This document shows positions 1-9,559 of a stretch of 64,000 bases of DNA, piece by piece. Every line of letters starts with the position of its first letter. The first letter of the stretch is position 1. Below the pieces are notes generated by a model. That model had not been told where the DNA came from, ran no database searches, and saw only the letters and a program-made list of their open reading frames with translations. Where the stretch lies: IMG/VR virus record IMGVR_UViG_3300045988_079560; one strand, 5' to 3'. The position numbers and the translations under genes were made by a program. This DNA is from a virus.

Positions 1-24
1 ATAAAATCGAAAAGGACTTCGTTG

Positions 25-290
25 GTAATATGCCCGTAATATACAAATGAAAGAAAAAACCGCATAAACACTGAGACCTTGTGCTACTGCGATGTTAGCA
101 CAGGGTGTTTGCTAATCAATAAAAACGAACCCCGGAAATTCAATGTTTCCGGGGTTTTATTGTGCGTATTTTTGAAGAAAGTGTTCGTTGGTTTGAGTAG
201 ATTTTTGATAGTAATATGCGTACAATACACGCGTAATATACACGCAAGATACAACTCATTTTGTATAATATACGCATAATATACTGGGAT
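25..290. promoter_or_regulatory. Putative integrase arm-type / attachment region with repeated GTAATATRC-like sequences
   Basis: GTAATATGC, CGTAATATAC, GTAATATGCG, CGTAATATAC and CATAATATAC repeats in about 250 bp next to the integrase gene. Confidence 0.4.
131..170 (+). terminator. Rho-independent terminator
   Basis: CCCCGGAAA-ttcaatg-TTTCCGGGG followed by TTTTATT. Confidence 0.8.
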
Positions 291-331
291 TTTGAGCATA
301 TTTATACAGAAAAAGGGAGGCATAACCTCCC

Positions 332-1552
332 TTAAATTTTATTGACCTCATCAATGAGCTGTTGTATAGATTTGTGCGTGTAGGTTCCTTTTGTAATATC
401 ATTTTTCATGCTATGCCCCATTATCAGTTTTATGCAAACATCATTTGCACCAACATCGTCCATCAGTGAGGCAAAGGTGTGGCGGCCGTCATGTGGGAGA
501 TGCTGCATACCAAGTTTGTTCATAACGGTGTTGAAATTTGCGCTCACATACGATCCGTAGGTGTAGTGGTTTCCATACTTGTTGTTCACAAGAAATCTTC
601 TGTTCGGATTGAACCGGTTCTTTATAAGTGGCAAAATTTTGTCTGCGATTGGTATTGTTCTGTCTGTGCCGGCCTCTGTTTTCATTCCCCCAATCATGTA
701 TTGTTCATCCAGATGCACATTATCCGTGGTTATCTCCAAAAGTTCCGTAGGTCTTAGACCGGTGTAGATTGTAATGAGAATGAGGTCCACATTGTTTATC
801 ACATACAGTTTAGACCAAAGGGTTGCAATTTCTTCATTGGTATATCTGCTATGGATTTGTTCTGTCGGATCAACCCATGAGTATACAAAGAACTGAGACA
901 AATCTTTTTCTATATAGTTGTTCATCAGGGCATACTTGTATAGATTGTTAAGAACCGTGCGGATATTAGAGACAGTAGAGTTTGATTTACAGGTCCATTT
1001 ATTGATACACTCCTGTACCTCATCAGTTCGTAGGGCATTAAATTTCTTGTGGTGCAAATCTGATAAGTGGTTGAAAGCAATCTCATAGTTCCGCCAGGTG
1101 TTTGATGAAATCTTATCCGGCAGAGCCTTTCGATAATTTTTCCACTTTCCATACATCTCTGCAAAAGTAGGTGTCTCGGCGTATTTAATATGTTCCGCAA
1201 CCACATCGGCATTATTCAATTCCGACAGAAAAGCATAGGCGTGTTCCTGTTTGGCGAAGTATTCAAGGTATTTGAACGTTTGCCGGTAAGCTATGGAATA
1301 CTCATAGCCCTCTTCTTGCATCAGAGTCTCAGCGAACTCACAGATGGCATCTGAGGAAATGGCAGCCCACATCTGAGCTTTTCTTTTCCATTTGAAGTTA
1401 TACCGGTTGAGTTCCCGGCGGATATTAGACGGCGGATCTTTCGGAGCATCAATCTCTACAAATTCCGCAATTTCAGAAGTTCGGACGGCATAAGGCTTAC
1501 GCCTCTTGCCTTTTAGTTTGATTACACTACCGTAACCGTTTGGCAGACGCAT
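332..1552 (-). CDS. int: Phage tyrosine integrase
   Basis: 406 aa; TGLRPTELLEI, LPHDGRHTFASL, GHS..TY motifs of tyrosine recombinases; next to repressor. Confidence 0.93.
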   Translation of the reverse strand: MRLPNGYGSVIKLKGKRRKPYAVRTSEIAEFVEIDAPKDPPSNIRRELNRYNFKWKRKAQMWAAISSDAICEFAETLMQEEGYEYSIAYRQTFKYLEYFAKQEHAYAFLSELNNADVVAEHIKYAETPTFAEMYGKWKNYRKALPDKISSNTWRNYEIAFNHLSDLHHKKFNALRTDEVQECINKWTCKSNSTVSNIRTVLNNLYKYALMNNYIEKDLSQFFVYSWVDPTEQIHSRYTNEEIATLWSKLYVINNVDLILITIYTGLRPTELLEITTDNVHLDEQYMIGGMKTEAGTDRTIPIADKILPLIKNRFNPNRRFLVNNKYGNHYTYGSYVSANFNTVMNKLGMQHLPHDGRHTFASLMDDVGANDVCIKLIMGHSMKNDITKGTYTHKSIQQLIDEVNKI

Positions 1553-1680
1553 AATATCATCCTCCTTTTCCTAAAAATGGGCGTAAAAATGCCTGGTATA
1601 TTGTTTTTCTACCGGGAAGATGATATAATGCAAGGTGTTCAGACAAACATTCATCGGATCTTTCCGGTGTGTGTTTATAG

Positions 1681-1712
1681 ATGCCGTCTCTGTTAGCAGC
1701 AGAGGCGGTTTT
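1681..1712. terminator. Terminator hairpin
   Basis: GCCGTCTCTG...CAGAGGCGG then TTTT. Confidence 0.5.
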
Positions 1713-1717
1713 CTATT

Positions 1718-2398
1718 TTAGTATTTTTGCCGATTTTCAACGACTCTACCAATGATTCTCACTGGCTTATTCTCAATTTCCTCATTTGAATAAAACATAG
1801 GCTCATAGGTCTGATTAAAAGGAATGAGTCTGATTCCACTAGGGAACTTTGCCAACTTTTTGCAAGTGGCACTGTCTCCATTGACTAACACAATGACAAG
1901 ATCGCCTGATTCTGCATAGTTCTGTTTGCGGACAATCACAACATCCCCATTGCAGATACGAGGCTCCATGGAATCTCCCTTTATTTTCAAAGCAAAGAAA
2001 TCCCCAGTGTGAGCCAATTCTTCTGATATTTCCTCATAATCTATAACATCCTCAATGGCTTCAATAGGAACTCCGGCTGCCACGTTACCAAGCACAGGAA
2101 TACGGATAGCCTTTTTGGCCATCTTCACTTTCTCCGGTTCTGCGTCAACTTTCGTATTATCGTCAAGCTGAGAGAATAATTCGTCAAACGTCATAAACAT
2201 TCCGTTTGCAGCTTTCCTTATAGATTGAATAGACGGAACAGGCGGTTCTCCTGTTTTTGGATTGAGATTATTTTCGAGCTGTGATATGTACCCTTTGCTT
2301 ATTTTACTAGCCTTAGAAAAATCATCCATACTCATGCTGTTTGTCTCTCTGTATGCCTTTATTATCTGCCCTAATGTCATAAGAAAACCTCCTTTCAA
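1718..2398 (-). CDS. CI/LexA-like repressor (HTH + S24 peptidase)
   Basis: N-terminal XRE HTH; C-terminal GDSMEPRICNGDVVIV and K..NGDSATCKKL S24 motifs. Confidence 0.92.
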   Translation of the reverse strand: MKGGFLMTLGQIIKAYRETNSMSMDDFSKASKISKGYISQLENNLNPKTGEPPVPSIQSIRKAANGMFMTFDELFSQLDDNTKVDAEPEKVKMAKKAIRIPVLGNVAAGVPIEAIEDVIDYEEISEELAHTGDFFALKIKGDSMEPRICNGDVVIVRKQNYAESGDLVIVLVNGDSATCKKLAKFPSGIRLIPFNQTYEPMFYSNEEIENKPVRIIGRVVENRQKY

Positions 2399-2455
2399 TG
2401 TTTAGTCCATTATACAATGCACTGAACAAAAAGTCAATTTTTTTGTAAAATGTGC

Positions 2456-2484
2456 TTGACAATAAATGTTTAGTCGGCTATACT
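2456..2484 (+). promoter_or_regulatory. Early rightward promoter with embedded operator
   Basis: TTGACA-17 bp-TATACT; spacer contains ATGTTTAGTC. Confidence 0.85.
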
Positions 2485-2532
2485 CAAATTGTTCAGTCGA
2501 GCAAACATCGGACAAAGAAAGGAGGCGCAGTA

Positions 2533-2730
2533 ATGGCGTATCGAATCAGAGAACTTAGAGAAAAGAAGAAACTTACCCAGGAACAGTTAGCTCAAATGTC
2601 TGGCGTAAGCAGAACAACCATAGTTCTGCTTGAAAACAACGAAGAGCATGAGGCTATGGTCGGTACTCTGAAATCATTGGCGGCGGCTTTGAATGTCCCT
2701 GTCAGTAAACTTTTTACCCAAAAAGTTTAG
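2533..2730 (+). CDS. Cro-like XRE family regulator
   Basis: IRELREKKKLTQEQLAQMSGVSRTTIVLLEN HTH. Confidence 0.85.
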   Translation: MAYRIRELREKKKLTQEQLAQMSGVSRTTIVLLENNEEHEAMVGTLKSLAAALNVPVSKLFTQKV

Positions 2731-2803
2731 TCAAACAAACAAGAAAAGGATAATCCGCAACGAACTAAGACACAGTAAAACGAACAGATTGAGGTAAGAA
2801 GCA

Positions 2804-2998
2804 ATGAACAGTGAGAGAGTAACACCAAAAAATGCGGCGAAAGAGTTGCAAATGGATGTGATTACGCTCCGTGAACTTATGAAAAGGGAGAAATTGCCTA
2901 TTGGATATGCCATAAAGCGAGAGGGTAAATCCAAGTGGGGATTTTACATATATCGCCACCTTTTGGATCAGGAGAAAGAACGACTTGGTATAGGTTAA
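2804..2998 (+). CDS. Small HTH/excisionase-like protein
   Basis: ORF with upstream RBS; [28 protein letters not shown] helical pattern. Confidence 0.5.
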   Translation: MNSERVTPKNAAKELQMDVITLRELMKREKLPIGYAIKREGKSKWGFYIYRHLLDQEKERLGIG

Positions 2999-3048
2999 GC
3001 ATCCGCAAGGATTGTTTAATAGATATTTTTGAGGAAAGGAGACGCACC

Positions 3049-3252
3049 ATGAGAAAAGGTACAGTTAAATGGTTCAACGCCGCAAAGGGCTACGGTTTCA
3101 TTACCGGCGAAGATGGAGTTGACGTGTTCTGCCATTTCAGCGCATTACAGATGGACGGTTACAAGACTCTCGTAGAGGGACAGCCCGTAGAATTTGATGT
3201 TGTTGACGGAACCAAGGGACCACAGGCATCCAACGTAACAGTAATTCAGTAG
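3049..3252 (+). CDS. csp: Cold-shock protein
   Basis: [34 protein letters not shown]. Confidence 0.95.
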   Translation: MRKGTVKWFNAAKGYGFITGEDGVDVFCHFSALQMDGYKTLVEGQPVEFDVVDGTKGPQASNVTVIQ

Positions 3253-3307
3253 CGGTTTAGGGGTAAGGCATTGCCGAACCCCATAAACAGAGAAAGGAAA
3301 ATCCACC

Positions 3308-4738
3308 ATGAAGATTTCAAAAATCACGATAAAGCAGCTCTTCGGGATTAAGGAATGGCAGGGGGACGGAAAGAACATTGAACTTGTCGGAGACAACGGT
3401 ACTGGAAAAACATCCGTTATTGACGCAATCAGATATGCTCTTACAAATTCCTCCGACCGTGAATTTATCGTAAAAAACGGAGAGACAGAGGGAGAGATCT
3501 ACATAGAAACAGATAACGGTCTCTCCATTGACAGGAAAGCCAGAACAGCAATGACAGATTACAAATCTGTTAAGCAGAACGGCAATGTAATTCCCAGTCC
3601 TGAGTCGTTTCTGAAAACCATATTCACACCGTTACAGCTTTCCCCTATGGAGTTCATCTCTATGGATAAGAAAACCCAGAACGCAACGATTTTGGATATG
3701 ATTCAGTACGATTGGAACCTTGACACCATCAAGGAATGGTTCGGGGAAATTCCGAGGGATGTAAATTACGAGCAGAATATCTTGGCTGTCCTGAATGATA
3801 TTCAGGCGGAGAACGGTTACTACTTCATGCACAGACAGGATGTAAACCGGGACATTCGTGCCAAGAAAGCTGTTATTGCCGATATTGGAAGTTCTCTTCC
3901 TATCGACTATGACGGAGAGAGATGGGAAAAGGAAAACCTCTCAGACCTCTACACAGAGATTGAGAAGATCCGCAAGAATAACGAGACTATCGAAAAGGCA
4001 AAACGCCTTAGAGACAGCCACGATGGAAAAATCCGCTCATTCCAGGCAGACAAGGAAATTAAGATTGCCGCACTTGATACGGAAATGGCTCAGCAGGAAA
4101 AGAACATTGAGAGTGAGTTAGCGCAGCTTGAAGAGAGAATAAAAGCTCTCAGAGAGAAGAAAGACGGGCTTGCCGGTGTAAAAGCGGACAAAGTAAAGGT
4201 AATTCAGTCGGAGTATGAGGCATCCGTGTCTAAGTATGAAGCTGAGCAGGCATCCTACGCGGAATACGCAGATATGGAAACCACACCTATTGATGATCTT
4301 ATGGCAAAAGCCAATGAGACTGAGAAGATGAAAGGCCATATCAATGAGTGGCGCAGAATGTTGAACATCCAGAAAGAGGTTGATGAGTTGCAAAGCGAGT
4401 CCAACAGTCTCACAGAGAAGATTGAACTGGCAAGAACTCTTCCGGGAACCATTCTGGAAACCGCAGAGATTCCGATTGATGGTCTGACCGTTAAAGACGG
4501 AATACCTCTTATCAATGGATTGCCGGTAAGCAATTTGTCAGAGGGAGAAAAACTTGACCTCTGCATTGATGTGGCAATTCAGAATCCGGCAGGATTACAG
4601 ATCATCCTCATTGATGGTACTGAGAAACTGTCTGAGGAAAACCGCACACGTCTCTATGAGAAGTGCAAAAAGAAAGGGTTGCAGTTCATAGCAACCAGAA
4701 CCACAAGCAACAATGAATTAACAGTTATTGAACTGTAG
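3308..4738 (+). CDS. SMC/RecN-like AAA ATPase (recombination module)
   Basis: Walker A GDNGTGKTS; coiled coil; GLQIILIDGTEKLSEENRTRL. Confidence 0.8.
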   Translation: MKISKITIKQLFGIKEWQGDGKNIELVGDNGTGKTSVIDAIRYALTNSSDREFIVKNGETEGEIYIETDNGLSIDRKARTAMTDYKSVKQNGNVIPSPESFLKTIFTPLQLSPMEFISMDKKTQNATILDMIQYDWNLDTIKEWFGEIPRDVNYEQNILAVLNDIQAENGYYFMHRQDVNRDIRAKKAVIADIGSSLPIDYDGERWEKENLSDLYTEIEKIRKNNETIEKAKRLRDSHDGKIRSFQADKEIKIAALDTEMAQQEKNIESELAQLEERIKALREKKDGLAGVKADKVKVIQSEYEASVSKYEAEQASYAEYADMETTPIDDLMAKANETEKMKGHINEWRRMLNIQKEVDELQSESNSLTEKIELARTLPGTILETAEIPIDGLTVKDGIPLINGLPVSNLSEGEKLDLCIDVAIQNPAGLQIILIDGTEKLSEENRTRLYEKCKKKGLQFIATRTTSNNELTVIEL

Positions 4739-4749
4739 GAGGAAACACT

Positions 4750-5115
4750 ATGGCAGGCAAGAATGATAACTTTGACGCACTTATGGCAATGATGGCACTC
4801 AAACACATTATGGATGATACGAAAGATATTGAAATCCATCCGTTCACTTGTGAAGTGGTCGTAACGCCTACATCAATCAGTTGCAGTTCTTCTGGAAATA
4901 AGGCATTTCTCGAAGATATTGACGGTGGAATGGAGTGGGCGGAGGAAACCAACAACCTCATCAAAGATATTATGTCTGAGCAGACAATAAAGCTCACAGA
5001 TTTGATGAAAAAGAAATTTGGTTTCGATACCGTCAAAGTTAAGCCCAACTCCGAAGATGGTTTTGCGGATTTTTTGAAGAACCTTTTCGGGGGGGGTACA
5101 GACGATAGCGAATAA
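4750..5115 (+). CDS. Hypothetical protein; C-terminus encoded across a G8 tract
   Basis: 121 aa ORF in operon. Confidence 0.6.
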   Translation: MAGKNDNFDALMAMMALKHIMDDTKDIEIHPFTCEVVVTPTSISCSSSGNKAFLEDIDGGMEWAEETNNLIKDIMSEQTIKLTDLMKKKFGFDTVKVKPNSEDGFADFLKNLFGGGTDDSE

Positions 5116-5121
5116 AACAAA

Positions 5122-5161
5122 TAATCTGCCTGCCATAGCCTTTTCTTGGTAGGCAGATTCA
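5122..5161 (+). terminator. Stem-loop between operon genes
   Basis: AATCTGCCT...AGGCAGATT. Confidence 0.5.
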
Positions 5162-5183
5162 TAAAAATACAAGGAGGTTATTT

Positions 5184-5987
5184 ATGGCAACAAAAGACAC
5201 AAATTATTTAGTGGCAGTTCATAAAGGACTGGACGAAAGCCTTGAAAAACAGGTTGCGGCTCTGCCGGAGAAATTCAACAAACAGAGATTTTTACAGAAC
5301 TGCATGACGGTTCTGCAGGACGGACAGGCTGATTTCTCAAAGTGCGAAGCACCGACTGTTGTGCGAACACTCTTAAAAGGAGCTTTCCTTGGTCTTGATT
5401 TCTTTAACGGAGAGTGTTACGCAATTCCTTACGGAAATCAGTGTCAGTTCCAGACTGATTACAAGGGAGAGATCAAGCTGTGCAAGAGATATTCGAGCAA
5501 TCCTATTCAAGACATTTACGCAAAGGTAGTCCGTGAGGGAGATGAGTTTGAGGAAGTAATTGAAAACGGTAAGCAGTATGTCAATTTCAGACCTAAGACT
5601 TTTTCAAACGGAGAGATTATCGGTGCATTTGCGGTAGTCCTCTACAAAGACGGTTCCATGATGTACGACACCATGAGCAAAGAGGACATTGAACATACCA
5701 GACAGACATTCTCAAAGGCAGCAAACAGTAAGGCTTGGAAAGAAAGTTACGGAGAGATGTGTAAGAAAACAGTTCTCCGCCGACTGTGTAAGTTGATTGA
5801 CCTCAACTTTGATACAGCAGAACAGTGTCAGGCATTTGAAGATGGTTCGGCATTTGATGTTAAGGAAAAACCAAAAGAGAAGTATCGGGCACAGGACATT
5901 TATCAGTCTCAGGATCAGAGTTCTCATAACGGAGATGAGGATTCTGATGGTGTGATTGATGGAACATTTAAGGAAGTAGATGAGTAA
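5184..5987 (+). CDS. recT: RecT-family single-strand annealing protein
   Basis: GAFLGLDFFNGECYAIPYGNQCQFQTDYKGEIKL, typical RecT core. Confidence 0.92.
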   Translation: MATKDTNYLVAVHKGLDESLEKQVAALPEKFNKQRFLQNCMTVLQDGQADFSKCEAPTVVRTLLKGAFLGLDFFNGECYAIPYGNQCQFQTDYKGEIKLCKRYSSNPIQDIYAKVVREGDEFEEVIENGKQYVNFRPKTFSNGEIIGAFAVVLYKDGSMMYDTMSKEDIEHTRQTFSKAANSKAWKESYGEMCKKTVLRRLCKLIDLNFDTAEQCQAFEDGSAFDVKEKPKEKYRAQDIYQSQDQSSHNGDEDSDGVIDGTFKEVDE

Positions 5988-6822
5988 CCTCATCGCACTT
6001 ACCCCGGAGAATTACTACTCACAGGAAGCCAATATGCAGTATGTGTCCGTATCTCAGTATAAGGACTTCAATGGCACAACCGGAAAGTTAGGTTGTGAGG
6101 CTTATGCGATGGCAAAACTCCGGGGAGAAGTAGAGGAAGTCTCCACCACTCCGTTATTGGTAGGTTCTTATGTGGATGCCTACTTTGAGGGGACACTTCC
6201 TACATTTTCCGCACAGCACCCAGAAATCTTTTCATCCAGAGGTAAAACCGCCGGAGAATTGAAAGCCGAGTACAAGCAGGCCTCTGCAATGATTGACAGG
6301 GCAGAAAAAGACAAAGTTTTTATGCAGTATATGGCCGGAGATAAACAGGTAATTATGACCGGGGAAATCAATGGCATACCGGTAAAAATCAAAATTGATA
6401 GTTGTGACGGAAAAAGGATCACTGACTTAAAAACCGTAAAATCTGTTACAGAAACTTTTTATGCAAAGGATTTAGGGCAGAGACTTAATTTCTGTGAATG
6501 GTGGGGATATGACCTCCAAGGGGCTGTTTATAGAGAAATATATAGGCAGAACACAGGTAAATTGTTACCGTTTTATATTTGTGCAATTAGCAAAGATAAG
6601 ACTTCTCCAGGAAATATACCTCATCCGAGAATTAAGGTTATTGAAATTCCACCTATGGTTATGGATGAGAAACTGGCAGAGTTCCAAAGCAACATCATCA
6701 AGGTTCAACGCCTGAAAGATGGAGAAATTGAACCTCTGAGATGCGAGGTATGCGATTACTGTGCCGACACTGAGGTTTTGGATGGACCTATATCAATGGA
6801 TATGCTTATGGGAGAGATTTAA
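5980..6822 (+). CDS. PD-(D/E)XK nuclease (YqaJ/Cas4-like) partner of RecT
   Basis: KIKIDSCDGKRITDLKTVKS; position next to recT. Confidence 0.75.
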   Translation: MSNLIALTPENYYSQEANMQYVSVSQYKDFNGTTGKLGCEAYAMAKLRGEVEEVSTTPLLVGSYVDAYFEGTLPTFSAQHPEIFSSRGKTAGELKAEYKQASAMIDRAEKDKVFMQYMAGDKQVIMTGEINGIPVKIKIDSCDGKRITDLKTVKSVTETFYAKDLGQRLNFCEWWGYDLQGAVYREIYRQNTGKLLPFYICAISKDKTSPGNIPHPRIKVIEIPPMVMDEKLAEFQSNIIKVQRLKDGEIEPLRCEVCDYCADTEVLDGPISMDMLMGEI

Positions 6823-7133
6823 TGAGAGATTCAATTATTGTGGATATGAAATATGCGGATCTTGATATTATCAACGGTCAGTATGGGGTTGAGAGGCATC
6901 ACTGCCTCGGAGGCCCCAACCGAAAAAAAGCAGATGAAGATGGCTTATGGGTTCCACTCACACCAGAACATCACAGAATGGGGAAGATAAGCGCACACCA
7001 GAGCGCAGAAGTACAAAAACTGTTGCAGATAATAGCGCAGCTCTCCTACGAACTCAATGAGGTATCACAAGGACTTACCGTGGATGAGGCACGGAAAAAG
7101 TTCTTTGATAGATACAGAAAATTCTACATTTAG
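6822..7133 (+). CDS. Hypothetical HNH-like/NinX-type small protein
   Basis: ERHHCLGGPNRKKADEDGLWVPLTPEHH pattern. Confidence 0.5.
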   Translation: MRDSIIVDMKYADLDIINGQYGVERHHCLGGPNRKKADEDGLWVPLTPEHHRMGKISAHQSAEVQKLLQIIAQLSYELNEVSQGLTVDEARKKFFDRYRKFYI

Positions 7134-7141
7134 GAAAGGAA

Positions 7142-7627
7142 GTGATAAAAGTGGCAGAGAAACTTACATTGGCATCTATGTGTGCCGGAGGCGTTCAGGA
7201 AAGAATCGACAGAGCGTTGGCAAAGATTTCTGACAACATTCTCGATTTGAATACGGATGCCAAGAAGAAAAGAACTCTCGACATTAAGATTGTTCTCACT
7301 CCATCAGAGGATGATAGAGAAGATGTTGCTGTTGAGGTTCAGACTTCCGTTAAGTTGGCTCCTGAGATGGGACTGAAAACTCAGTTATTCATCAACAAGG
7401 ACTTCCGTAGCGGCGTAACAACACTCACAGAACACGCAAAGGGCGCAATCAAAGGTCAGCTTACTCTTGATGAGTGTGGTATGTGCATGGATCCGGAAAA
7501 GGATTCCACGCCGACAGCAGAGGAACTTGGATGCGATCCTGAGACCGGAGAGGTATTGGAAGAAAAATCTGAACCTCCAAAAGAGAGCACGAAAGTAATC
7601 AGCATGAGAGACGCAGTAAACAGTTAG
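7142..7627 (+). CDS. Hypothetical phage protein
   Basis: Operon ORF with conserved context. Confidence 0.6.
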   Translation: MIKVAEKLTLASMCAGGVQERIDRALAKISDNILDLNTDAKKKRTLDIKIVLTPSEDDREDVAVEVQTSVKLAPEMGLKTQLFINKDFRSGVTTLTEHAKGAIKGQLTLDECGMCMDPEKDSTPTAEELGCDPETGEVLEEKSEPPKESTKVISMRDAVNS

Positions 7628-7636
7628 GAGGACGTT

Positions 7637-7909
7637 ATGTACGATAAAAAACCTATGGAATTAGCTGACACCGCAGAAATGATGATGAGTAAGGACTACA
7701 AAGAACGCTTTAGAGCGGAGTATTGTCAGGTTGTTATTCGTTATCAGAAGTTAAAGGCAATGCTTGAAAAGTGGGACAACGGAGAACTCAATTTTACCCC
7801 TACTTGTCCGAGAAGCACCTACAATATGCAGATTAAAGCCATGACAGACTATATTGCTGTTCTTGAAGCAAGAGCTGTTATGGAGAATGTTGAGCTGCAG
7901 GAGGTTTAA
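7637..7909 (+). CDS. Hypothetical protein
   Basis: RBS-preceded ORF (crAss001_48-like look, not verified). Confidence 0.55.
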   Translation: MYDKKPMELADTAEMMMSKDYKERFRAEYCQVVIRYQKLKAMLEKWDNGELNFTPTCPRSTYNMQIKAMTDYIAVLEARAVMENVELQEV

Positions 7910-7911
7910 TC

Positions 7912-8184
7912 ATGGATTTTGGAAAAGCATTAGAAGCCGTTAAAAGCGGCAAGAAGATATTCCGTCTCGGATGGAACGGAAAGGGAATGTTTGTTGTGTA
8001 CCAGAAAGGCTACCCTGACGGCATCCCTTGTAACTTACAGACAGCCAAAGCATGGGGGATGAATGAGGGAGACTTATTCAAATGTGACCCTTACTTGCAG
8101 ATTAAAACCGCAGATGGTTCTCATGCGATGTGGGTTCCGTCAATCGGAGATATTCTGGCAGAGGATTGGCAGATTATCCAGTAA
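7912..8184 (+). CDS. DUF2829 family protein; candidate Tad2 anti-Thoeris protein
   Basis: FGKALEAVKSGKKIFRLGWNGKGMFVVYQKGYP...DPYLQIKTADGSHAMWVPSIGDILAEDWQI. Confidence 0.8.
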   Translation: MDFGKALEAVKSGKKIFRLGWNGKGMFVVYQKGYPDGIPCNLQTAKAWGMNEGDLFKCDPYLQIKTADGSHAMWVPSIGDILAEDWQIIQ

Positions 8185-8196
8185 CAGGAGGAAAAT

Positions 8197-8928
8197 ATGT
8201 TAAAAGCAGCTATTGAGAAAATTCTTTCTCTCGATGCTCCCCATATTGAGGAAATTGAGGGAAGAACCTATGTAGACAAAGATATGACGCAGATCGGCAA
8301 GGAACTCAGAGCAACCAGTATCACAATGAGTAATCTGAGCAGCCTTGTGGATTTCATCAAAAAGAGTAAAGCAGATTTCAAGACCGGTCATTACATCGCC
8401 CAGGTGGTATCTCCTACTGAGGTTCGTCTGTTCTCCAGTTTGGATGCAGACCGCCAGAGAGAAACACTGGCAGTTGTCAAAGCAGAGATCCCGGAGTTTT
8501 CATTCGGTCAGTTCATCGGAAACGAAGAGTTTGTTATCGGTGTGCAGTCCAAGTTCTTAAACGAGGATGCTGAGGCAAATGATAAGCCTATCATCTTACA
8601 GTTTGCCGGAAATGTTAAGGCCGGCACTGTTGCAGAATACGGAGACACCGGAGTAGGGCAGAAAGCGGCAATCAAGAAAGGCGTTGCCTCTCTGCAGGAA
8701 GTTGAAGTTCCGAGTCCTTGCCGCCTGATGCCGTACAGAACCTTTACAGAAGTTGCACAGCCTATGAGTAACTTTATTTTCAGAGTAAAGGACAATGATC
8801 GCTATGGCGTTACCTGTGCCTTATTTGAGGCAGACGGAGGTGCATGGAAGAATGAGGCGAAAGCCAACATCAAAGCGTATCTCGAAAAAGAACTTGCGGA
8901 TGTATCAAACATTTTCGTGATTTCCTAA
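8197..8928 (+). CDS. Hypothetical phage protein (DUF2303-like)
   Basis: 243 aa ORF in recombination operon. Confidence 0.55.
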   Translation: MLKAAIEKILSLDAPHIEEIEGRTYVDKDMTQIGKELRATSITMSNLSSLVDFIKKSKADFKTGHYIAQVVSPTEVRLFSSLDADRQRETLAVVKAEIPEFSFGQFIGNEEFVIGVQSKFLNEDAEANDKPIILQFAGNVKAGTVAEYGDTGVGQKAAIKKGVASLQEVEVPSPCRLMPYRTFTEVAQPMSNFIFRVKDNDRYGVTCALFEADGGAWKNEAKANIKAYLEKELADVSNIFVIS

Positions 8929-9095
8929 ATAATCGTAACCCGTAAATATGTTTCTGCAATTATCTCCTAAGATTGGTCTCTGAGGAAAATATGTCACGAA
9001 AACCGCAGAACACACAAACGGTTTACCTCCTTTTAAGAAATTCGATTAGTTAAATGGTATAAACCCCTGACAAGGATCTTTTGTTAAATTACCCA

Positions 9096-9118
9096 GGAGC
9101 CGTCATTCCGGCGGCTCC
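9096..9118 (+). other. GC-rich hairpin in 220-bp intergenic region
   Basis: GGAGCCG-tcattccgg-CGGCTCC. Confidence 0.5.
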
Positions 9119-9148
9119 ACCCATAATGAAAGAAAGGAGGGCTTAGGG

Positions 9149-9559
9149 ATGCACAAGGTTGTTATCAAAGGAAATTATTACGGCAGAACCAGAACCTTAC
9201 CGGATCTTAACGATTACCTACATGAGTGTGCAAGGCATCCTCAGATGGGTGCAAAAATGAAAAGAGATTACCAGATGATCGTGTGTAACGCTATCAGGAC
9301 ACAGTTGCCGAGACTTACGATTACAAACCCTATCATCATTCATTACAACTTTTATGAGCCGGATAAACAGCGTGACAAGGGCAATATTTTTTCCTTTGCA
9401 GACAAAGTTTTTCAGGATGCTTTACAGAAATGCGGAGTGATTAAAAACGATGGATGGAAAGAAATCGAAAACTTTACGCATGACTTCTATGTGGATAAGA
9501 AAAACCCAAGGATTGAGATATTCCTTGAAGAGATAGAGAAAGGACCGTTCGATGGCTGA
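9149..9559 (+). CDS. rusA: RusA-like Holliday junction resolvase
   Basis: HYNFYEPDKQRDKGNIFSFADKVFQDALQKCGVIKNDGW. Confidence 0.85.
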   Translation: MHKVVIKGNYYGRTRTLPDLNDYLHECARHPQMGAKMKRDYQMIVCNAIRTQLPRLTITNPIIIHYNFYEPDKQRDKGNIFSFADKVFQDALQKCGVIKNDGWKEIENFTHDFYVDKKNPRIEIFLEEIEKGPFDG

